A stretch of 64,000 nt of DNA. Source: Candidatus Omnitrophota bacterium (GTDB lineage: Bacteria; Omnitrophota; Gorgyraeia; Gygaellales; Profunditerraquicolaceae). The position numbers were made by a program, and so were the translations under genes. A model generated the notes under the pieces. That model ran no database searches and was not told the DNA's origin. It saw only the letters and a program-made list of their open reading frames with translations. Of this stretch, positions 56,316 through 64,000 are shown one piece after another. Every line of letters begins with the position of its first letter. The stretch's first letter is position 1. The DNA lies in the NCBI GenBank assembly GCA_050012075.1, contig JBEKHW010000001.1, positions 68,766 through 132,765 of the forward strand, given 5' to 3'.

Positions 56316-59300
56316 TTATGGCAGAGGAGGAGACTTCTGCAGTATCCGTAACCATTCAATCAGCTGAATTAAGGAACTTATTTTTTCACCCACAAAAACA
56401 TACCTGGAGTCATCTACATATATCGGCCCTACCTTATCGTATCTGACGGGGCCGTATTCCTCTTCTTCCGTAAAGGCGATTTCAGGGAGCCTGGCCGGCG
56501 TCGATGAGCTTTTCCCGGCAACATCGCAACCCGTATCTGGTTTGTTTCCGGATGCCGGCGAGCTGCCGATATTATCCTTACTTTTTTTTGTTTTACTCAC
56601 TACTGCCTTACCCATCTTTCTCCGGCAAGCGTTGATTAGGTCGGTCTGGGGATAGGTCAATCCTTCATCATTTTCTAAGGCACCAATTTGATCCAATATG
56701 GCTTTTGCCTTGTGCTTGCGGCCTTTACCCAGGGCATTAGTTAGCTGCCAATATAAATTGCTGAATTTTCTTTCTTGTTCCAGTGCCTCTTGTTCGCCAT
56801 CCGTGTCAAGAGAAGATAACTGGGATGTTTTCTCTGGGAGTGCCTGTGTTAAAAACAATGGCACAGGTTCTCTTTTAAATTTAATCGTCATTATGGCAAC
56901 ATAACGCAGCTGTGTGCCCTTTTCTGCTGCCGCTTCAATTAATTTCTTTTCTGCGTAATCCAGAGCCTTTATAATCTCATTATCCTCTCCGCAATTATTA
57001 GGTAATGTCTCAATATGCTCACGGAAGAACGCCAACAAGAAGGGCCATTCATTCAACTTCACGATATGCTCGATCTGTTCCGCGAGCGTCTTCCCCTTTA
57101 ACTCACGACGGCTCCGGAGCTTGTCTTTTAAATAATCGCTTTTGTCCAGCCACCCCATGGCCGCCTCGCATCTTTCTATAGTAAAATCTGGGGCCTTTAG
57201 CTCCTCTACTGCCAGCTGCGCTTCATCCTGCGCCGGAGAGCTGCCGGTTACTCCAGAATTATCCTTTCCGCCGCCTGCGCCGCCGCCTTGAGGTCCATTG
57301 CGTAAAGACACTTTATTACCGTGACTCTCATTCTCTTCTGGATCCATGCTACGCAAGACAAATTCATCATCTTTAAGAAGAGCAACTTTAAATTGACTCC
57401 TTAAACCTTTTATAAAATCAGACAATTCTACCTTGCCGTCCTCCGTTGCTAAATTCCAAGTATTGGGAAAAATTAAAACATGGGTAGATGGGCTAATATT
57501 ACCCAACAGATTAAATAGCCTTTTGAGTGCATGCGGCATGAGATGATGTATTACTGCATTAATCATTATAAAATCCGCTGAAAGGGCGCGATTTATAATA
57601 TTCTCATCAATAATATTCCCAAAAATTAGTTCAATTGAATCTTTTACAAAAGGTAAGTTTCGATTCACGAAATTAACCTTTGCCTGATAACGTTCAAATT
57701 CCCGCTGAGACGGTAAGTCAGGATTTTTTAACTCAAAACCAGAATCTAAATGGATTCTTGCTAGAGATAAGAAATCTTGTTCTATATCAACCCCCGTAAC
57801 TTTTAGCTGAAGGTTCTTCCCAAATTTTATACCCCATTCAGGATGTCTACTGACTTCATCAAACACAACAGCAGCTAGCGAGGCAGGCTCCTCTCCGGTA
57901 CCACAACCTAAACTCCACATATTTATCTTAACAGGTAATTCGTTATTATGTTTTTCCCTATCTATAATTATCGCTAAAGATTGCCTTATGTACTCGTATT
58001 CTTTATCACATCTTAAACAATCAGATTGGCTAACTACAATAAGATACTGATCTATAAGATACTGATGAGCCGAAGAATTCACATTATTCAAGTCAGCAAT
58101 AACCCGATGAATATCATAGTTATACTGCCTGAAACAATCATACAAATAAGAAGCCCCAGACTGCTGCGCTGACATCTCTTCTATCAATTGCCTGAGAAAA
58201 TTCAAAGAGGTTGGCGCTCTTCGAGAATCGCCGAACACCTTCTCATAAATACCTGTGCTGTAAAAAACATTCTCGATTGTTTTTATTTCTGCCTGACTGA
58301 TATTATAGCGGGACATAATATCGTGTAGTTCCGATAACATTCCCTCTTTCTCCGCCGGCGAGCTGCCGCGCTTAATAACTTCAGTAAACTTAATCGCTGT
58401 CTCTAGGGGGTTTGCTACCTGGGTAATCGCTGAATTTACCAGGAAACCATTAAATCCTATCATTAATGCTTGCCTGGCCTGTTCGGGGACACCTATACCG
58501 CACTCAGCAATTAACGAAATATCCGGCCGTATTTCCCTAACCCACCTTATGATATCTTTCATTTTCGTAATATCGCCCAAACCTTGGTTAGAACCCGGCT
58601 TTGTCCCTTCAATACGTAAAGCAATGACCTGAGGCGTTTTTAACAATTTTTTTAGCTTTGCTCTGCCAATATCTTTTCCTATTAAAGGGATAATCTTAAT
58701 GTTTTTGTTTAATCCAGCTAACTTACGGGTTGCTTCCAGAATATTGTCATTTTTAGTCATGAAATTATCATCTCTGATTTCAAGCTTAACATAAGGAGAT
58801 TTCATAATCATAATCCCTAACCCTGCCATTTTTACAGCCGCATCCACTGTTTGACACCTACTGGTATTGATGAGAATAATAAAATCTCTGGTTTTATTTT
58901 GTTTGGTTAATTTCTCATGAACTAATTTTATATAATCTAACTGCGCAAATTCCGACACTGAATTTAAATCACCTTCTTTACCCAACCTGCACCAGCCAGC
59001 ATTATCTTCAATCTCGGCTTTCTGCAGATAGCTCTCCATAGGTTTTATATGATATCCGGCCCTCATGTTTAATTCTTCGATACGCACAGGTGTAAAAATA
59101 AAGAATTGTGCGTTTGACTCTACGACAATGTCAGCTGCTATTTCCGTGGTAAGGATTTTAATGCAACTTCCTTTACCACGCGCATCATTAGATATATGTG
59201 TAATGGCTAGCGGAGCGATAAAAGGATATAATTGTCTATTATCAATTACTATACCGCCGTGCCTGCCCGCGCTGGCGGCAGGGCTGCTGCCGCACACACT

Positions 59301-62300
59301 AACGAAACCATCGGATTGTACTTGGTAAGCATCATCGGTGGCAGATTCAGCGGCAAGTTTTCGTGCCTCTTCGGGAATATAACAGTCTTCCAGCCATTTC
59401 AGGTTATTTTCAATCACCGCCCGTTCCTGAATCTCGCCTGCAAATGCCCTGGGAAAGATAATCTTTCCCCCCTCCTCTAATAATTTCTTCTTTGCCTGCA
59501 ACCAATAAGATACATTACAAGATATTGGTTGGTACTTCCATCCCTTCGGAAGACGGTCATTAACTTCGTGTATGGCTATTTGATAAGGAATCAAGATTTC
59601 AATCGCCCTTAATCTTTGGTTAATTTCCTGGATGTTCATCTCAATTGCTGCGTCTGCGTTTTTCCTTAACAACTCTTTCTTGGCCACCAACCATTCCCTT
59701 ACCGGTGAAAATAAATCTAATCCTTCATCGATCAGCCGGTCAATCACTTCATAGTAGGCGTCTCTATATGCCGCCGCTAATTTACCCGCTATCTCGGGTT
59801 TGATGAGCAACCCTAGATTGGCTTTTTGCGCCCTATGGTGCTCAATTTGGTCAATAAGTTTTGCGATATAATTATAGAATTCCTCCGCTATTTCAGGCAT
59901 CTTTGGCAACATTTGCTCTAAATTGCGTTTGGTCTGTCTTAAGGCCGTCAGGTTGGCTAAAGTACTGATTTCTTCTAATTCTAATGGGCGTAAGATTAGC
60001 GCTTCCAGCAAATCCTGGTTAAGCTTGAGGACGATGCTGAAAAATTCCTCTTTTAAAGCGGCTTTTCTCTGAACCCATTTTTTTCTCTCCCTGTTAAATA
60101 AGCTTCGGGAAAAATCCTGGATTTGTTTAATGTCCCATGGCGATAAACCGTCAGGCCATTCCTGACAAAATACTATTTCTCGCATAATCTCCAACATTTG
60201 CCTAATTTCTTCAAGGTCGGTAAGCTGGAGTATTTCGCCAGCTACTAAGCTGCGGATCTCGAGATGCGGAGAACGCAGCCTTGCTTTCAACCTCTCTAGT
60301 TTATGCTCCCAAAGTTCCGTAGTTGTTTCGTACACAGTTATTGTTTCCTCGGGCAGCTCTGAGTCGCCCTCACTGCCGGCAGGGCTGCTGCCGCGGATGT
60401 ATTTTTTCCTGTCTGCTAATTTTGCCAAAACTTCTTCTGCTTCAAGCAATCGCAAGACATTACGGTCATGCGCGCGGATATCGGTAAATAACTTCTGCCT
60501 ATCTATTTGTTTATCTGTAATTGCAGTATACCAGTTAGCCAGATGAGAAACCGAGTTCCACTGCGCCATGGTAATACCATTGAATACGCGGGCTCCCTTG
60601 TTATGCGCCTGATATAAGAACGGGGTGACCAATGGGTCTGTGATAATATCAATCACGGTTTGCCTTCGCGAAATTATTTTTGCGGCACCGGCAAAAGGAA
60701 CCGGGCCGTGCAAATCAGAATGCATGCCAACACCGGTGGCATTAACTATTACCAAGGAATTACGTAAAAGTTTTTTAGATTCAATGAAATTGAACCTACC
60801 AAAACCCATAGACTCCATAATCTGGAGCTTTTCAATGCCTGCACCCGCTAAGGCAAAATTAATTTCCATTCCTGCCCCGCCCAAGCCTAGAATCGTGAGA
60901 GTTCTTTTTTTCCAATTTGGCGGAAACTGGCTTTTGTACGCCTTAAGAAACGCAGCGCCATCTGTAGCGTCAAGCATTAACCGACCGTCTTTCTTAGTTA
61001 TATGGTTAATCGCCCCGGCTTCCTCAACGGCATCCGAAGCAATAACTAAATGCTTGTATTCTCTGGACATATAAATCTCCTTGGCTCTCATTTTCCAAGG
61101 CGCGGTCACTACGGCTCCGATTACACGCGGAGAGTCTTTCATCAAAGCCAATGCCTCGGCAAGTTGCGTTTCGTCTTGCACGGGATACGACACGCGAAGC
61201 GCATCAAGGCCTAAAATATTTCTAAAGGCGTTTTCATATTTCTTATCGGAATTTAGCGAGCCGGATTTTCCTATAAATAATGCAAATTTTGTGCTCTTGT
61301 TGACGGCAAATCCTTCCTGCTCTGCCAGAACCTCAAGCTCATCTTCAAAATTGGAGACGGTTCTATTTTTCGCCGGCGAGCTGCCAGCAGTAAGGCTTGC
61401 TGTTTGAGGCCCCTCTTTGGATTTATTTTGCGCAGCATATTCAAGGGCATTCAAGTACCACCACTGGGCTTCGCGGGAGACCTTCCATGCTCTTATGTCT
61501 ATCCTATTTTTAAAAATGGGGCCGTCTAATACTATCGTGTGATAATCATTATAATCTCCTATTAAGTCAATATTACTATCATGCAAGAACTTCATAAAGT
61601 CAGAGTCTATTTTATGGCCAAGCCATGACCTGCCGATAGCTTCCGATGGGGTGCTTACGACAATTGCCTCAAACCCGTCATGCAAGAAATTCCTAAGAGC
61701 GTCTTCCGGTCCCTGTTCATATAAAAGTTGGGGCGCATCCAATCCAAGCTCTGCGCATGTCTGCTTAAGCCATAATGCATTTATGCAGGGCCCGAATTCA
61801 TGCCCTCCGAAGATACAACCCCTGATCTTCCGGTCATTGCTCCTAAGTTCTGCTATGGCATCCATGAATTCAACTGAATCGTAATATTCTCCCCGTACCT
61901 CTTTTTTATAAAGAGAAACCCCCAATGCATTTGCCTGCAATTGCAATAATCCTGTTTCTGTCCCATGAAAACATACTCTTGTCTGCTTTTCTGAAACAAA
62001 ACTAACGAGGGAAGAAACGTTATATCCTTTCTGCAGCGCCCGATACAAAGCATGGCAGCAATCTTTCCCGCCACTCCAGAATAACAAATAATGCCCATTC
62101 GCCGGCGAGCTGCCGACTTCCTTTGGCCTCTCTGCTGGCCGACCATTCGCCGGCGCGGATGTGCCTGCCTGGGAAAGTCCGCCGGATTCAAGGCCCGGCA
62201 TTCTTTGATTATCAAGCAGATTATTTTCACTGCCGCGGTGGAAAACATTATCCGGCTCCAATCCCTTGATCCTACACAGATGCTCATGGAAAAAGTTATT

Positions 62301-64000
62301 ATATTGAGCTGTTGTCATTTCCGGCTTTAAGAGATCGCTATATCCTCTTAAGACCTTCAAAAATTCGCTGTATTGTGTATTATAAACTGTCTCATATCTT
62401 GTCTCTGCGGACGGCGTTCTTTGCGCAAGGGCTTTTCCAGATTCTTGATGGAGGCTGGCGATAATCCTGTCTAATGCGAGGCGAGCTTGTTCTATTCTCC
62501 CCTTCCTTGCCTCTATTGTTTGAGCCACAATTGGGCCAATGGCAGACCTGATCCTCTGGACAAACTCTTTGAATTTCACAGAATATGCATCTGCGGGCTG
62601 TCTTGTCGAAGGAACTTCTTGCAATTTTCTAATTTTACCGAGGATGTCTGAACGGTTAAGCTCAAAAGCACATAAAAATATTCTTAGCGCCATATAATAG
62701 CCGAATTTTTTGCCGTTTTCTCTGATATTACCGCGGGCAATGCTGATATTCTGCATTCCTTTAATGATCTGATGCAGCCAGTCATCTATTTCTGCCTGTT
62801 CTGAAGCCAGTCCGCCTTGCTGGATATATAAATCTCCTGCATCTTCCGCCGGAGAGCTGCCGCGGCCGCCCGCGTTGCCGCCAAACTCCCCATCTAATAC
62901 TAAATGCCCTGAAGCGTAATAATCTATATCTATATAATCTCGCACACTCCCCTCTAATTCTAATATAGTTTTGCCTGTAACAAGAACTAACCTTTTAAGT
63001 TGTGTGCAGCCCCAGAGAAAATCTTTTATTCTACAAATTTGTGCCACTATCTTCATAACATTATCTCGCAACTCCCAATCATTCTCTCTTAATATACAGC
63101 TTAAAACTGCCCTATCGCCGAAATTATCCATTCCTAGCTTATGTACGATAAGCCGTGCTTCTTGCTTATTGAGCCCAAGCATGAGAAATTTATCGGCAAT
63201 GTTCCAATAATTTCTATACGAGGCGCGTAGTTTATCACAGTTTCGTTTTAATGTGGCCTTGTCCCTAATAACAGCTCCTATAAAAGAATCGAATTCTTTA
63301 ATTACTTTATTTATCTCATCAAACGCCTGCCTTGCCCAGTCCCTGAATTTCTCCATTTTATCCAGCTCCATGACCGCTGCTGCCATATTATTTATTTCAA
63401 CCCAGTTACCGGGAATACCTGATTTTATAATACCTTGGGGCATTTCACGGCTATAAAAAGGCGAAAATCTATTTATCTTTTGCACCAATATCTCGCCATT
63501 ATTCTTATATCCTTCTTGGGCTCCTAAAACGCCGCCATTACCGCGGCCCGAAAGAATTGCATAAACAGCTCTTTCCTTTAAATGCCTTGCCGCTGTAATA
63601 AATAGCGTATCTATAGAACCTGTTGCCTCTTGAATATTTATATTATTGGTTACAAAAAGACGCTCTTCATCGTCTTTTCCAATACTAATATTATGACCGA
63701 TTATAATCGTGTCTTTTTCTAAATAAACTTTCTCATCAATATTTCCAAAGAGAATAATTTTATGCGTGAATTTCTTGACGATTTTTAGAAAACGGCGATT
63801 TTTATTTACCGGAAGGGGTGTGTTTACGACTATCGGAGGATGCTTAAGGGGTAATTTTGTTATAATTTTTTCTAGTGCCCTATAGCCGCCTTGAGATGCC
63901 CCGACTACAATAATTTTCCCTTTAAAATCCGGGACAGTTAGATTTTTCTTCTCTATTGCTCCGCTACCTACGCCTGCCTTGCGCTCTAGGCTTTCTCTTA
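56316..64000 (-). CDS. Giant multidomain protein, 5'-partial (>2560 aa). Domain order is CheB-like methylesterase, unknown helical, PP-loop ATPase-like, shikimate-dehydrogenase-like, long helical, ThiG-like TIM barrel, CheR-like methyltransferase, unknown. Domains are joined by recurring GSSPA junctions.
   Basis: The frame is open from 63488 to the window edge. My translation of 63489-64000 gives ...IIVVGASQGGYRALEKI...SIDTLFITAARHLKERAVYAILSGRGNGGVLGAQE..., a CheB catalytic-domain signature. The listed 'M' at 63488 is a TTG codon. Other motifs: LLFWSGGKDCCHAL (PP-loop); GAVVTAPWK...NATGVGM (AroE-like); KSPYVKLEIRDDN...ECGIGVPEQARQALMIGFNGFLVNSAIT (ThiG-like); WSLGCGTGEEPASLA (CheR-like). Confidence 0.8.
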   Translation of the reverse strand, partial: RESLERKAGVGSGAIEKKNLTVPDFKGKIIVVGASQGGYRALEKIITKLPLKHPPIVVNTPLPVNKNRRFLKIVKKFTHKIILFGNIDEKVYLEKDTIIIGHNISIGKDDEERLFVTNNINIQEATGSIDTLFITAARHLKERAVYAILSGRGNGGVLGAQEGYKNNGEILVQKINRFSPFYSREMPQGIIKSGIPGNWVEINNMAAAVMELDKMEKFRDWARQAFDEINKVIKEFDSFIGAVIRDKATLKRNCDKLRASYRNYWNIADKFLMLGLNKQEARLIVHKLGMDNFGDRAVLSCILRENDWELRDNVMKIVAQICRIKDFLWGCTQLKRLVLVTGKTILELEGSVRDYIDIDYYASGHLVLDGEFGGNAGGRGSSPAEDAGDLYIQQGGLASEQAEIDDWLHQIIKGMQNISIARGNIRENGKKFGYYMALRIFLCAFELNRSDILGKIRKLQEVPSTRQPADAYSVKFKEFVQRIRSAIGPIVAQTIEARKGRIEQARLALDRIIASLHQESGKALAQRTPSAETRYETVYNTQYSEFLKVLRGYSDLLKPEMTTAQYNNFFHEHLCRIKGLEPDNVFHRGSENNLLDNQRMPGLESGGLSQAGTSAPANGRPAERPKEVGSSPANGHYLLFWSGGKDCCHALYRALQKGYNVSSLVSFVSEKQTRVCFHGTETGLLQLQANALGVSLYKKEVRGEYYDSVEFMDAIAELRSNDRKIRGCIFGGHEFGPCINALWLKQTCAELGLDAPQLLYEQGPEDALRNFLHDGFEAIVVSTPSEAIGRSWLGHKIDSDFMKFLHDSNIDLIGDYNDYHTIVLDGPIFKNRIDIRAWKVSREAQWWYLNALEYAAQNKSKEGPQTASLTAGSSPAKNRTVSNFEDELEVLAEQEGFAVNKSTKFALFIGKSGSLNSDKKYENAFRNILGLDALRVSYPVQDETQLAEALALMKDSPRVIGAVVTAPWKMRAKEIYMSREYKHLVIASDAVEEAGAINHITKKDGRLMLDATDGAAFLKAYKSQFPPNWKKRTLTILGLGGAGMEINFALAGAGIEKLQIMESMGFGRFNFIESKKLLRNSLVIVNATGVGMHSDLHGPVPFAGAAKIISRRQTVIDIITDPLVTPFLYQAHNKGARVFNGITMAQWNSVSHLANWYTAITDKQIDRQKLFTDIRAHDRNVLRLLEAEEVLAKLADRKKYIRGSSPAGSEGDSELPEETITVYETTTELWEHKLERLKARLRSPHLEIRSLVAGEILQLTDLEEIRQMLEIMREIVFCQEWPDGLSPWDIKQIQDFSRSLFNRERKKWVQRKAALKEEFFSIVLKLNQDLLEALILRPLELEEISTLANLTALRQTKRNLEQMLPKMPEIAEEFYNYIAKLIDQIEHHRAQKANLGLLIKPEIAGKLAAAYRDAYYEVIDRLIDEGLDLFSPVREWLVAKKELLRKNADAAIEMNIQEINQRLRAIEILIPYQIAIHEVNDRLPKGWKYQPISCNVSYWLQAKKKLLEEGGKIIFPRAFAGEIQERAVIENNLKWLEDCYIPEEARKLAAESATDDAYQVQSDGFVSVCGSSPAASAGRHGGIVIDNRQLYPFIAPLAITHISNDARGKGSCIKILTTEIAADIVVESNAQFFIFTPVRIEELNMRAGYHIKPMESYLQKAEIEDNAGWCRLGKEGDLNSVSEFAQLDYIKLVHEKLTKQNKTRDFIILINTSRCQTVDAAVKMAGLGIMIMKSPYVKLEIRDDNFMTKNDNILEATRKLAGLNKNIKIIPLIGKDIGRAKLKKLLKTPQVIALRIEGTKPGSNQGLGDITKMKDIIRWVREIRPDISLIAECGIGVPEQARQALMIGFNGFLVNSAITQVANPLETAIKFTEVIKRGSSPAEKEGMLSELHDIMSRYNISQAEIKTIENVFYSTGIYEKVFGDSRRAPTSLNFLRQLIEEMSAQQSGASYLYDCFRQYNYDIHRVIADLNNVNSSAHQYLIDQYLIVVSQSDCLRCDKEYEYIRQSLAIIIDREKHNNELPVKINMWSLGCGTGEEPASLAAVVFDEVSRHPEWGIKFGKNLQLKVTGVDIEQDFLSLARIHLDSGFELKNPDLPSQREFERYQAKVNFVNRNLPFVKDSIELIFGNIIDENIINRALSADFIMINAVIHHLMPHALKRLFNLLGNISPSTHVLIFPNTWNLATEDGKVELSDFIKGLRSQFKVALLKDDEFVLRSMDPEENESHGNKVSLRNGPQGGGAGGGKDNSGVTGSSPAQDEAQLAVEELKAPDFTIERCEAAMGWLDKSDYLKDKLRSRRELKGKTLAEQIEHIVKLNEWPFLLAFFREHIETLPNNCGEDNEIIKALDYAEKKLIEAAAEKGTQLRYVAIMTIKFKREPVPLFLTQALPEKTSQLSSLDTDGEQEALEQERKFSNLYWQLTNALGKGRKHKAKAILDQIGALENDEGLTYPQTDLINACRRKMGKAVVSKTKKSKDNIGSSPASGNKPDTGCDVAGKSSSTPARLPEIAFTEEEEYGPVRYDKVGPIYVDDSRYVFVGEKISSLIQLIEWLRILQKSPPLP

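Overview
This is a bacterial chromosomal segment of moderate GC in which essentially every real gene lies on the minus strand. The only convincing plus-strand gene is a REP-associated tyrosine transposase.

Reading the minus strand from high to low coordinate, the window contains:
- **Giant ORF (56316 to window end):** a very large multidomain ORF that runs past the 3' edge of the window, so it is longer than 2560 aa. A CheB-like methylesterase segment at its N-terminal side is cut off by the window edge, so the listed start at 63488 is an ORF-finder artefact.
- **PilZ cluster:** three PilZ-domain genes directly downstream of the giant ORF.
- **Polysaccharide-utilisation locus:** a sugar ABC transporter (binding protein plus two permeases), two paralogous clan GH-A-like glycosidases, a tandem-domain secreted protein, and ROK and LacI regulators.
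- **Housekeeping genes:** class II ribonucleotide reductase, archaeal-type phosphoglycerate mutase, mnmG, and a PiT phosphate transporter with its DUF47 partner.
- **Nitrogen-assimilation supercluster:** an aminotransferase, an Lrp regulator, a GAF-ANTAR regulator, glutamine-dependent nadE, an ECF-like sigma factor, an outer-membrane beta-barrel gene with a small unannotated HTH gene, two tandem amt-glnK pairs, type III and type I glutamine synthetases, and a Fis-type HTH gene coupled to gltB-gltD.
- **TolQ/TolR-like pair and a DedA gene.**
- **Complete F-type ATP synthase operon** (atpZ-like, B, E, F, H, A, G, D, C).
- **A stand-alone FMN glutamate-synthase-like gene** at the low-coordinate end.

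The most unusual feature is the giant ORF. It strings together unrelated enzyme-like domains: CheB-like, PP-loop ATPase-like, shikimate-dehydrogenase-like, ThiG-like and CheR-like, plus long helical segments. These are joined by a recurring G-S-S-P-A junction. Each junction is encoded by a near-identical GC-rich 15-mer that stands out from the AT-biased codons around it.

Other non-coding structure worth a second look:
- A REP/RAYT 'REPtron' with five REP loci.
- A dispersed GTGACTTT octamer repeat, including an in-frame copy inside gltB.
- A hairpin family with conserved ATCGG-containing loops.
- Terminator-like attenuators in the glnA and amt leaders, next to the ANTAR regulator gene.
- A conserved TTACCA-N14-TTACTTGTA motif present three times.
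- Heptamer tandem repeats in the glycosidase cluster.

All product calls are made by eye from motifs in the sequence; no database search was possible.
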